Origin: a virus
Lineage: Duplodnaviria > Heunggongvirae > Uroviricota > Caudoviricetes
Reading direction: 5' to 3' (one strand)
Length of the DNA: 64,000 bases
Virus record (IMG/VR): IMGVR_UViG_3300013902_000267
Positions within the stretch are counted from its first letter, which is position 1; each line of letters begins with the position of its first letter. Position numbers and translations under genes: made by a program. Below, in pieces: positions 1 to 11,112 of the stretch. The notes under the pieces were generated by a model. It did no database searches. It was not told the origin of the DNA and was given only the letters and a program-made list of their open reading frames with translations.

Positions 1-739
1 GCTTTCCACATACCGGGCATGTACCACCTTTCATTAAATAATGTCCGAACTAATCTATTCCAGAAGCTAATCCAATTGCTGCTTCCAATGTACTCTTTTT
101 CTTTTTATTTCCATCGTCATCTATGGAAATTTCATCATTAACAGCCTTAATTGTATCATCATCCTCAGCGTTCTATACAGAAGAACTCGCTAATGTGGTA
201 GTATCTTCTAATGCAACTGTATCTTTTATTTTACCATTTAAATCTGTATCATCTCCCTAATGATACTCATCATTAGAAATTTTTACGCCAAATGTATCTT
301 CTTCTATAATATTAGATTCATCAAATATAGAAGCACCTGTATATTCTTCAAGGTCTTCATCTGTTTGCTCTGTATGCCCTGTTGTATTTACAAATTCTTC
401 CGATGAATTATCATTTTGATCTTCTAACTGTTTCTATGTAAAAGAATTTACATATTTTTCCAATTCATCAAATGATAAATTTCTCTTAACTTCATCCGTT
501 GTTTTATTTGTAACATTATATGATAAATCAACCTATATTTTTGTATTTGTTAAATTTCCGTTCTAATCAACTTCATAATAATCATGCCAAGAAACAAATA
601 TTTCATTTCTAGGTTCACCGACATAATATGTTTTATATCTTAAATTCTATCTATAATATTTTTTGTTTGACTCAATCTAAACATCATCGTCATCATACTC
701 ATAATATATAGTTCCTGATTTTGATGTAATCGTATTCAT
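1..739 (-). CDS. Hypothetical acidic protein, runs off the window end; CxxC (CPVCGK) at the edge
   Basis: ATG at 739; open frame to position 1 if TAG=Gln; starts 2 nt after the TGA of the upstream gene. Confidence 0.75.
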
Positions 740-741
740 TT

Positions 742-1455
742 TCAAATAATTAAGTTTTCAATATTTCCTAAATATTCAACATCATTTAAGTTAAATCTCT
801 ACTTTATGTTGTTATCAAACTTAACAATACATGTATTCATTTTTTCTTGTATAGAATGTAATGTACCAAATTTATCTTTAGATATAATATAAACTTTATT
901 TTCCTATAATTTATTTTGTTTAAATTTATTATAGTTTTCCTATGTTAATGGATATTTGGTTTTCTTATTCTACTTATTAGCGATAATTTTACCAAATACT
1001 CTTGGTACACCATCGAATGTTTTAATATTGTTAAAGTTAGCATAGAGATTTCCATGTATAATATATGGGAATGCAGTCCAATCAGGTAAGTTATTTCCTG
1101 TATAGTTACAAGAGCCATCTACCTCATCGAATTTAAATAACTGCATTCCCATTCTATTTAATCCTTTATTAGAAAGGTATAAATTATCATGGACATCCAC
1201 CAAAATACCATGACCTGTACATTTAATCTCATAGTTCTCTACATCAAGTTCATCTAAAATTCGTTCGACTCTTGGTTTTATTTCTGTTTCTTCATATTCT
1301 GATGATATGTTGTCTGACAGTGTTGTATCACTATCAAGCCCTAAAAAATCATCATCTTCATCATCAAAATCATCAAACAGAGATTCATTCAACTTTGAGA
1401 TTTTTGTGTTGTTATATTTTCTTATTTTCTTATATTCTGGAACTGAAATAATCAT
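742..1455 (-). CDS. Hypothetical protein, 237 aa, LRR-like repeats, N-terminal LNESLFDD
   Basis: Track ORF 970-1455 continues through 4 TAGs to TGA at 742, abutting the next ATG. Confidence 0.75.
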
Positions 1456-1495
1456 AATTAAAAAATAAATAATATTTTATATTATTTATTTTTGT

Positions 1496-1948
1496 TCATT
1501 TATCATCATTCATTATTAGAGTTGTTTTTCCTCTATCATCTTTTTTAATTCCCTAACATTCAATTATCTTATTCTTATAAAAACGTTCATAAAAAAATAC
1601 TTCTTCACACAAATCGTACAAGTCTGTATGTTTTGGCAATATTCCATTATCCAAAAGTACAATCTTGCTAATTTCCTTAATCTATTTAAATTTAGACGAG
1701 ATATTAAACAATAAATTTTCATCTAAATTTTTATTAATATAAATAATCCCCTGATATTTCTTTAATTTAGAAGCTTGCTAAATAGCGTTTAGAATTTCTG
1801 TATTAACGAAATATATATTTGACTATTTGTTTAGATCCAGTTTAAAACTATTTACGAACGACTATACATCAAGAATAAAAAAACTTTTAATGTTAGTGAA
1901 TAACATTCTTAGTTTATTTTCAGATTCAGTTGTTACGTATATATTCAT
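1496..1948 (-). CDS. Hypothetical protein, 150 aa
   Basis: ATG 1948 to TGA 1496, open only with TAG=Gln. Confidence 0.7.
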
Positions 1949-2002
1949 TAGAGTTATTAAATGGTTAGTTTTTAATTAAAATTACCAAATATTTATTAAC
2001 AA

Positions 2003-3121
2003 TTATTCAGTACTTTGATTTTTATTATCTGACAATGAAGTCTCATAATAATCAGTTAAACCTTTTGCTAACGCTTCCTTTAACATATTATTATCAACTC
2101 TTCTTGATATACTGGTAACAAAATGTTCTGACATTCCATCAGGATATACATCCTTTATAGTCTTGTAAACTTCCTTAGGTGGAAGTTCAAGTTCAACATC
2201 AACACCAATGGTATATACTTTCTTCTTACTCTTATCAATCATATTAGTGATAAGAATATCTTCTGTATAATTTGGATCTTCATAAGGCGAAACTTTCTTT
2301 TCAGTTTTTACTGTAACCTCATTATTTAACCTTGAAATAAATTGTTCTATAGAAAGTTCTGTTGTCTTACCATTTGATATTACATTAATCTTATCATATT
2401 CAGAATTTGAATTAATATTATCGAGATTAATTGTAATGCTTGCGTGTCGTACTGTTTCTATAACAGATGTTGTTATAGGTGAGTCTGCCTGAATTTTTCC
2501 TGTAGTTATAACTTGTTTTTCAACTGGTGCTGTAATTTCATTAACAATTTCTTTTTTATTTGCTGTAATTGTTGGTTCTGTTTTCTTTACTACAGTACCA
2601 AATGTTACATTATCAGCAGATTTATTAACTGGTTTACCACCATTCAACAATTCAGGATGTAATGAAAGTAAATAATTTTCTTTATCTTCTACCTTCGGAT
2701 TTTTCACAAAAGTAGGTGGAGTTGCATCTGTTCTTTTTCCTTCATTTCCTATTGTTCTTGATGTTGATTTGCCTTCACTATTAATTCCAACACTTATATG
2801 TTCACCATTCATTCCAATACCAGGTTGAGGAACTTCATATGGATTACCATCTTTATCATAAACAGTTTTTGTCTCATTTAAATTAAACTCATATGTTTTA
2901 AAATCCCATTTATTAAGTGGAGATGATAATTCAGACATAACAAATTGCCCATTAAACGCGTCCATATTATTGACTTCCGCAATATAAGATTCATCACATT
3001 TTGTTTGATCTTCAAACACATAAAGTGTTAACTCATCATCAGATATATCGTCGATATATTTAAGTTTTGTAATTTTACCAAGTGTATCACCTGGTTGCAT
3101 GTGCTAATAAAACTTTGCCAT
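2003..3121 (-). CDS. Hypothetical protein, 372 aa
   Basis: Track ORF extended to ATG 3121 (MAKFY-TAG-HMQPG); the ATG at 3100 is an alternative start. Confidence 0.75.
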
Positions 3122-3130
3122 ATTTCCAAA

Positions 3131-3301
3131 TTAGTTTTCTTTTTCTTTTACATATCGTACCTTTACAGATATGACATTAATATTATTTTTTTCTAAATTA
3201 TTTTCTTTATTTATATCGGTATGTTCATCCGGTATATTTTCATCTTTACTGGTAAATATACCGATGAACCAATACCAACATTTCTTAATGAATTGAATCA
3301 T
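3131..3301 (-). CDS. Small hypothetical protein, 56 aa
   Basis: ATG 3301 to TAA 3131, stops 9 nt before the next ATG. Confidence 0.55.
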   Translation of the reverse strand: MIQFIKKCWYWFIGIFTSKDENIPDEHTDINKENNLEKNNINVISVKVRYVKEKEN

Positions 3302-3338
3302 GAAGTAAATTTATCCAATATTAGTTTTATCCTTATAA

Positions 3339-3551
3339 TTAGATATTTAACTTAATAACATATATGAATTTTATAATATATGTGAAGTTAACCTAAGAAA
3401 ACTATATATGATATATAGAAAGATAATTATCTAAATCTTATCTTTTTAAAGATATGAATTAATCTAAATTTTATATACATAATTTATAAACTAAATTCTT
3501 CCGTCGACTTAATCCATAAATATTCAATATATATAAAACATAAATATTCAT
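3339..3551 (-). repeat. Dispersed ~210-bp repeat, copy A (reverse complement of 51842-52055)
   Basis: Aligned by eye, roughly 85-90% identical; includes a 26-codon ORF at 3551-3471. Confidence 0.9.
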
Positions 3552-3589
3552 TTATTATATTGGATATTATATTATTAGTTTATTAATTA

Positions 3590-3985
3590 TCATTCACATG
3601 TATCACTGCTTCCTGTATTATCTTCACCTTCTAATTGTTCTGGTTTATTTGAAGTATTTTTCTTTGGTTGCTATACAATTTCTAATTTACTCTTACCAAA
3701 TGAACTTGTAATAGATTTAATACCCATAAGACCAGCTGATACAGTAAAATATGTAATTGTTCTATCTATAAATTCTAAAATATTTGCACATTCTCCAGGA
3801 TTAATAAAATAATATCCAACGAGAATTACAAATAAAAATAAACATACGCATGATGCTATAAATCCTACTACTTTTGTTGAACTTGTCTTTCCGTTATTAT
3901 TTGAAAAGATTTCAACTGGAGAGAATTTATGAGCATTAAACATTGGTATGCCATATACATTATTTGATGCAGTTTCCTTACTCAT
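3590..3985 (-). CDS. Two-TM membrane protein, holin-like candidate, 131 aa
   Basis: Two hydrophobic segments and a charged C-terminal tail after TAG readthrough; ATAAATA upstream; holin role is inference. Confidence 0.5.
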
Positions 3986-4057
3986 TATTTAATTGTTTTC
4001 ATTTTAGTTATTTATCACTTATAAATATTATATGTAAAATTTTTATGTTAATAATAA

Positions 4058-5098
4058 ATGAAAAAATTTAGCTTTGATAAATCTATATATAAATGTTTAA
4101 ATGAATCTTTATTTGATGATACAGATGATATATTATCCAATGGAAATACAAATAGCATATCAGACTTATATATTGATGATGATTATCTATTGGAAAAGTT
4201 TAATGAATTATATAGTAGCCAAAAATTAGGTAAATATAATTTATTAGAATATCCTGTATTTAGTAAAATAGAAACATATAATATTAATGGAACTGATTAT
4301 AAATTTATAACCGAAGCATCTAAAAATGGCGGATATACAACAGGGTATCCAACAGGACTAAAATATTCTGGACTTTTCTGTTATTTTATAACAACATAGG
4401 AATTAATGGATTTCATTAATACTTATAATATTATAATACAATATCCAGTGGATGATGGTAAATATGATATTTATAATTATATAACATATATATTAAATGA
4501 TATAACAATACCACATAATTTTTTAAATAATTTCCATTTATATGAACATGAAAACGTATAGCAAAAATCATATTCAATAGGATTAATATTAAATAATTGT
4601 AAAGTTATAGGGCATGAATTAATTTCTTTATTATAGTCGGGTAATCATAATTATTTAAATATCAAATATGTATTATTAAATAAATTACATATTAATTCAT
4701 TAAATTTACCAAATATGACATATGGTTATCCATTAGAAATAACAAATTGTAATTAGTTAACAGATTTAAATATAAATTATAATATTAATAATTATACAGA
4801 AGGTTCATTATTAATAAAAAGTTGCAAAAAATTATCAAATATAGAAATTAATGATAATTCAAAAATGGTACAGCTATTGAAATTAAAAATAGATAAATGT
4901 CCGAATATAAATACAGATACATTAATATTACCAAATCATAATACTAAAATGTATAACGCATAGTTGTTTAATGATAAGACAAAATAGAGAAAAATAAAAT
5001 TCAGAGGCGATATAGTAAAACAATTTTATACAGAATTACATCCTGATTATAAATATAAATATTATCAATCCGGTTATAAAAATATGTACTGGTTATAA
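4058..5098 (+). CDS. Hypothetical LRR-like protein, 346 aa, N-terminal LNESLFDD
   Basis: Track ORF extends through several TAGs to TAA 5098, followed by a terminator. Confidence 0.75.
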
Positions 5099-5103
5099 AA
5101 TAA

Positions 5104-5136
5104 AAGGTGAATAACAGATTTGTTGTTATTCACCTT
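5104..5136. terminator. Bidirectional intrinsic terminator
   Basis: aaggtgaataac / gttattcacctt inverted repeat between convergent genes. Confidence 0.8.
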
Positions 5137-5142
5137 CATTTA

Positions 5143-5325
5143 TTAAAATAAGTTATTAATTCTGTTAACTATATTTTTCCGTATTTTATAAAATATTTTA
5201 TACATAGTCCAAACTTTTGGACGGAACAAATACAGGTAAAACTTATAAAGCTTCTTAATTTCTTTATAAGAGTATATATGAATTCCATCTGAATTCGTAC
5301 TTAAAATATTAATAAACGTAAACAT
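5143..5325 (-). CDS. Small hypothetical protein, 60 aa
   Basis: Track ORF ending at the terminator; no motif. Confidence 0.35.
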   Translation of the reverse strand: MFTFINILSTNSDGIHIYSYKEIKKLYKFYLYLFRPKVWTMYKIFYKIRKNIVNRINNLF

Positions 5326-5533
5326 AGTATTTAGAAAACTTATTTTAATTATTATATAATATTTATTGTAAAATGTCTAAAATAAAAAGAGAGACGATAC
5401 ATCACGTACAGTCTCTCTTAAATCTAAATAATTTAGAAAAATGAAAACTAATTGAAAAACGAGCAAACGTTTTTTCTTAGTTTTTTTCTATATCTATATA
5501 TTTATCTAATTTTCAAAAATAATTTTTTACAAA

Positions 5534-7741
5534 TTAATTTCCACCGAATAACTTATCTAATTCTTCTTGTGACATTGCATCTACTGCATCATCACCATTT
5601 GTAGATGGTTCATCGTCTTTCTTATCATCTGATTTATCTTCATCAGAATCTGAATCACTATCATCTGAAGAATCACTGTCATCTGTTGAATCAGAATCGT
5701 CATCAACAATTTGTCCACCAATCATATCTTCAAATTCTTCTTTAGTAATACCATATTCGTTATTCAAAACATCTGCAAGATCATTTACATAATCTGTATT
5801 TGTTAAAACAACTTTAACTGGTTTATCATCACCATCTGCATTATCATCTGTTGAATCATCTGCATTTGCATCATCAGAATCTGAATCACTGTCGTCTGAA
5901 TCATCTGCATTTGCGTCATCAGAAGAATCATCATTATTATCTTCAAGTAATTTCTTGAACTTATTATAATGTAAAGACTCATTTGAAGCATTATCATCTG
6001 TATCAGAAGAATCATCTGAATTTTCATCATCAGTAGATGTATCATCTGCATTGTCATCTGTTGACTCACTATCATCTTTAGAATCATCAGTTTCATCATC
6101 TTCATCTTCAAACTCAATAGCATCATCTGGAACACCAGCATCTACAAGAGATTGCTTAAGCTCATCTGCTGCTGCTTGATTTGCAACTGTAATTACAACA
6201 CGTGATAACTCAACTTCTTCATCTGTATCTGGATTTTCATCTGTAGATGAATCATCAGCTTTATCCGTTGAACTATCATCTGCATTATCAGCATCATCAC
6301 TTGCATCATCTGAACCTGTTGGATCTACTGGTAATGGTTCCAATGGATTATCTTGTGTTTCTTCATCCTCATTCAACTTAAGACCTTTAGCTTTAATTAA
6401 TTTCTTATATGTTAAACGGTATGTAAGTTCTTCATCAAGAATATTCATTAACTTTTCTTTATTAAGAATTGAATCACGAAGTTCTCTCTTTGTTGATTTA
6501 GAAGCAGACTCATTCAAAGACTTATAAGATTTCATAAGTTTTGTATGCTGTGCTTTAACAGTATTTAACAATTCAAGAAGTTCTTTTGCTGTATATTCTG
6601 TAATATTCTTACCATTAATAGTTTTCTTCTCATAAAGATTCTTCTTACCAGACTTCATTGCTTTACGAATGAACTCAAACTTCTCTGAACCAATTGATTC
6701 CTTTAATGCAAGAAGTTCTCTTCTTTTCTGTTGAAGTTTTGCGTTTTTATTAACAGGTTCACTCTTAGCTTTATTAATTGCACGATTAATAATAGATTCA
6801 TTAAGTGTTGTTTTCTTTGCAGATTTTACAATATCCTTTGTGGTAAGTCCATTCTTTCTCATCTTCAATGCTTCAGAAAGATTTACAAGACGTTTACCAT
6901 TTCTTCTCTTTCCTGGACAACATCCTTTCTTTTTCTCAAGAAGCTTCTTTCTTTTTAAACGACGATCATTCTTTGATTCATAGCACTCAAACTCTTCATC
7001 TTCCATGCATTCATCAAATTCATCATCTGAATCATTCAAAGAATCTTCATCTGCAAATTCTTCATCTGCATCTTCATATGTCTCATCATAAAGATCATCA
7101 TCATCATCAAGTTCACCTTCTGCATCCATATCTGCATATGCATCATCTCTTGCATCCAATGCATCTGGATCATTAGGATCTACCTCATCATAATCTGGAA
7201 TCATATCATCATAATCATCTTCGTCATCAAGATAGTCATCATCAATAGACTCATCCATATCTACATAATCATCACCATATTCATCCTTCATATCATCAAT
7301 AGCTGTATCTCTTGCATCATCATCTTCTGGAATATCAAGCCATTCACCTTCATCATCAAGGCCATAGTCTTCATCCATATCTTGATAATCATCACCATAC
7401 TCATCTTCCATATCTGCTTCAGCTGCAGCACGTGCATCATCATCAGACTCTACATCGTCAAGTTCATCATCTGCGTCGTCATATGTAAAATAAGTATCAA
7501 CATCATCAATATTATATTCGTCTTCAAAAATATCAATAATATCATCTTGTGTAAGTCCGTCAATTACCATATATACGGTATCTCCATCCTCTTCCTTTGA
7601 TACTGTAGCGTCTGCATTCGTATCTTCAATATGTGTAGCCAAATCATCCATATTACCTTGAAGTTCAGGATAATCATGAACAAGCTATACAACATCAATC
7701 TTTACAGGAAATGCATAACTTTCATTAAGTTTTCTTTTCAT
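5534..7741 (-). CDS. Very acidic D/E-rich protein, 735 aa; candidate prohead core/scaffold
   Basis: Start MKRKLNESY at 7741 with one TAG at codon 19; internal DDDAR..DM.DEYGDDY repeats; several LNE motifs; function inferred. Confidence 0.7.
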
Positions 7742-7801
7742 ATTATATAAATAGAATTATTTTCTTTTTTATTATTTATCTTATTGAAAAATTACTATAA
7801 A

Positions 7802-8425
7802 TTAACTTAAATTAATTAATTTATTATAATATTCTTTCAATAATTGTTCACTTATTATATTATTACTCAACATATTGATATATGAAGTTTTAAATTCTTC
7901 ATAATCTTTATGTTTTATATCATTTCTTATCACAGTTGATGAAACACATTCATTATTATATTCATCATCTCTATTTATATAATGAATTGGTTCTATATTT
8001 GCATTTATATATATAGTTTTAATACCTATATCTTTATTATAATATTTGCCATTAATTGAATAAAGATTACAAAATTCTTCTTTACGTTTTATATCTGTTC
8101 CTTTATCTGATGTAACTAAACAGAATTTATCATTGTTCAAAGAATTTCCAACATCATTATAACATTTTCTAATAGGTGCAGGATATTCAGATATATTCAC
8201 TTTTATTTCTGTATTATATAAATCTGATAATTTATCTTTTATACTATTTAAAAACCAAAGACTAGAATCTGCTGTTATTGAATCTCTATCTTTATATGAA
8301 ATATAAATACGTGCTTCATCAATATGAACATTATCTGTATTAAAGATATGTGACCTTAATATAGATAAATGTCCATCATGAAATGGTTTAAAACCACCCG
8401 GAAATAATAATATATTTTTACTCAT
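7802..8425 (-). CDS. HxGH-class nucleotidyltransferase (cytidylyltransferase-like)
   Basis: LLFPGGFKPFHDGH motif and a C-terminal VSST. Confidence 0.8.
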   Translation of the reverse strand: MSKNILLFPGGFKPFHDGHLSILRSHIFNTDNVHIDEARIYISYKDRDSITADSSLWFLNSIKDKLSDLYNTEIKVNISEYPAPIRKCYNDVGNSLNNDKFCLVTSDKGTDIKRKEEFCNLYSINGKYYNKDIGIKTIYINANIEPIHYINRDDEYNNECVSSTVIRNDIKHKDYEEFKTSYINMLSNNIISEQLLKEYYNKLINLS

Positions 8426-8437
8426 TCATTTAATTTT

Positions 8438-11002
8438 TTAAATACCACGTTTACCAAATTTAGAAGTATCAATACCAATTAAATTCTTTAATGATATACC
8501 TCCTAATTTCTGCATTTCTGCAAAAGTCTTTAATATAAACTTGACATTTTGATTAAATACAACAAAAACAACATCTTTTCTTATTTTTGATGGAATTAAT
8601 TTAAGTTGTTCCCAACCTGTATCTTCACCATCTGTAAATACAATTATTGTTGTATGTTTCTCTCCATTATCGTAATAATATGGTTTCTTAAGTTTTGTAA
8701 CACTTATAGTATTACCAGGAATATCTGTACCACCAGAACCACCACGATCTCCAAGAAGTTCAAGACGTTTCTTTATAGGTGTCTTAATATTCCACATTGC
8801 TACATTTTCAGGAAGAATACGGCCTGTTGTAAAATATGCTCTGGCAGAATTCAATACCTTACATGTTTTCTCCATTGTACAAATTTCCTTGAATATCTGA
8901 TAGAATATTCCATTTCCATTACCATACATAGAACCTGAATTATCTATAAGATAAAATATATTAGCCGCATTGTTTTCTTCAAATGGAACTTTCTTATATG
9001 GATTGAATCTATCATCACGCCATGATTGTGACATTGTTCTTTTCGAACGTTTCATTTGTGTTCCCGCTTCCATTGCAGCTGTGAAATGTTTTCTTAACTT
9101 TTGTTTCCAGTTAGCCAATGATTGCATATTCTTTAATTTATCTGCAATATCATTAAGTTTGTTTGCTAAATCAGGAGAAATATTTCTTAACTGATCCATG
9201 TGTTCTTCATTATACTTTCTTGATAATTCTTTAGGATCACATGTTAATTCTTCAGCTGTATAAGGATCACCAGATTCTTTTGCAATTTCTGCCATTTGTT
9301 CTTGTGACAACATATCAGCGCCACCGAAGGTAGAAGACGTAGTAGTATCAAATTCTTTACCTTCCAATTGTTTCTGAACTTCATCTTCATTAGGTCCCGC
9401 TTGCATATCTCTATCGATTTTATTTTTCATATCATCAATAGCTTTCTTGACATCCTTACGCGCTTGTTCACGTGCAGCTTTTTCTTCTGCAGACATTTGT
9501 CCAGAATTTCTACCGGATTTTGAATTGCCAGTTGAACCTTGATCAGACATATCACCATTCATTGATGAACCATCATTATCAGACGAACTATTACCAGATT
9601 GAGAATTACCTCGTTCATTTCCTTGTTCTCCTGATTGATTTCCATTACCAGTTTGTGAATCATTTTCTGAATTATCTCCTTCTTGATCATCACCTGAACC
9701 ATTACCATTCTGATTATCATCTGAATCTTCATCACCGTTACCAGAACCTTTACCCATTGCTTTATCTAATTCTTTCTTTACTTCATCATTATAAGCATCT
9801 TGATATTCACTAGATTTATTTGTATTATCAGGCATTTGATCCATACCATAATCAGACATTGTATCTGGATCAGCTGCACTTAAATCTGTATCATCATAAT
9901 TTGATGAACCTCCTTGTTGACTACCGTCGTCAGATTGCTGTTGTCCAGATTGACCTGACTGATTTCCAGAATCACTTTGACTTCCAGACTGACTGGATTG
10001 TTCACTCTGACCTTGTTGTCCTGATTGTGATTGACTTCCAGATTGTCCTTGTTGACCATCTTGCTGTCCGGATTGTCCACCTTGTCCTTGTTGCTGTTGT
10101 GAACTACCACTACCTTGACCTTGTTGTCCTTGCTGTTGTTGATTATTAACAGGATTTTGATTAATAGGTTGATTTGGTGTAGAAACCTTATTATAGAAAT
10201 AAGCATCAAAAATTAATTGCCATGGTTCCATTCGGAATCTATCATCAAATATACCATCACATTCTGCAGTTGCACCTGCAAAATATTTAGGAATTTGTTT
10301 TTCAAGATCTCTATTAATCTCTGCATCCATGGCAATATTTGCCAATTGATGATTCTTTCCTCCTTGTGTTTCTGTTTTTCTTTCAGCTTGTTCTCTATGC
10401 CTATATATTTGATGATATGCCTCATGACAAATAACATATAATACTAAACGTGCCATAGTAATAATTCTATCATTAGACGACATGCGTTTACCTTGTGCAA
10501 GCATTTCCTTTACTTGTCCTTTTCCTTTATATAAAAGTTGTTCAGCAAATATAGGATTAAACGCAATACGGACACCATCACTGGCCGCAGTATCAATATT
10601 AAATGTCCATAGAATAGGTTTATTAAATCGTCCAAGAATTGGTCCTAATTCCCTTGTACTTGCAGCTTGCGTCTTTGCCATTTCGCAAAATTGAGCAATC
10701 TCTGCAGGAACTATTTCCTCTTCTGTTTGAACACCGGTTATTGCATCAGTTATCTTCACTTTTACAGGAACACGCATTTTAGCAACAGGTATTGCCATAC
10801 CCATATCTGCCATTGTTTTCCCTTTATATAACTTTCGTATATCAATACTCTTCTTTTTCATGAGTCTTCCCCATAATCCTTGAAGTTCTCGTTGTTTTTC
10901 TTCAGCAGTCTTCAACTTAATACCCATTGTTTGTTTAACAGTATTATTTGAATATGCTTCATATACTCGAGTTTTATTAGTTTTTAACTTTACTTTTACC
11001 AT
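8438..11002 (-). CDS. VWA-domain protein with N-terminal HExxH metallopeptidase-like domain and Q/G/S-rich linker, 854 aa
   Basis: CHEAYHQ; MIDAS LIDNSGSM, GGT and FTDGED. Confidence 0.8.
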   Translation of the reverse strand: MVKVKLKTNKTRVYEAYSNNTVKQTMGIKLKTAEEKQRELQGLWGRLMKKKSIDIRKLYKGKTMADMGMAIPVAKMRVPVKVKITDAITGVQTEEEIVPAEIAQFCEMAKTQAASTRELGPILGRFNKPILWTFNIDTAASDGVRIAFNPIFAEQLLYKGKGQVKEMLAQGKRMSSNDRIITMARLVLYVICHEAYHQIYRHREQAERKTETQGGKNHQLANIAMDAEINRDLEKQIPKYFAGATAECDGIFDDRFRMEPWQLIFDAYFYNKVSTPNQPINQNPVNNQQQQGQQGQGSGSSQQQQGQGGQSGQQDGQQGQSGSQSQSGQQGQSEQSSQSGSQSDSGNQSGQSGQQQSDDGSQQGGSSNYDDTDLSAADPDTMSDYGMDQMPDNTNKSSEYQDAYNDEVKKELDKAMGKGSGNGDEDSDDNQNGNGSGDDQEGDNSENDSQTGNGNQSGEQGNERGNSQSGNSSSDNDGSSMNGDMSDQGSTGNSKSGRNSGQMSAEEKAAREQARKDVKKAIDDMKNKIDRDMQAGPNEDEVQKQLEGKEFDTTTSSTFGGADMLSQEQMAEIAKESGDPYTAEELTCDPKELSRKYNEEHMDQLRNISPDLANKLNDIADKLKNMQSLANWKQKLRKHFTAAMEAGTQMKRSKRTMSQSWRDDRFNPYKKVPFEENNAANIFYLIDNSGSMYGNGNGIFYQIFKEICTMEKTCKVLNSARAYFTTGRILPENVAMWNIKTPIKKRLELLGDRGGSGGTDIPGNTISVTKLKKPYYYDNGEKHTTIIVFTDGEDTGWEQLKLIPSKIRKDVVFVVFNQNVKFILKTFAEMQKLGGISLKNLIGIDTSKFGKRGI

Positions 11003-11112
11003 ATTAAAATACGTTAAAAATTCTTTTTATTATTTATTGTAAAAAGAAAAGAGTGAATATAATTCTAATAAATTATACTCACTCTCTTTATATATTGTTT
11101 ATTTATCTAATA

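Noticed and set aside
5803-10694. Overlapping track ORFs (e.g. 5803-6141, 6868-7176, 9472-9813, 9820-10149, 9880-10209)
   Set aside because: Alternate-frame or antisense shadows of low-complexity D-rich and Q/G/S-rich coding sequence.
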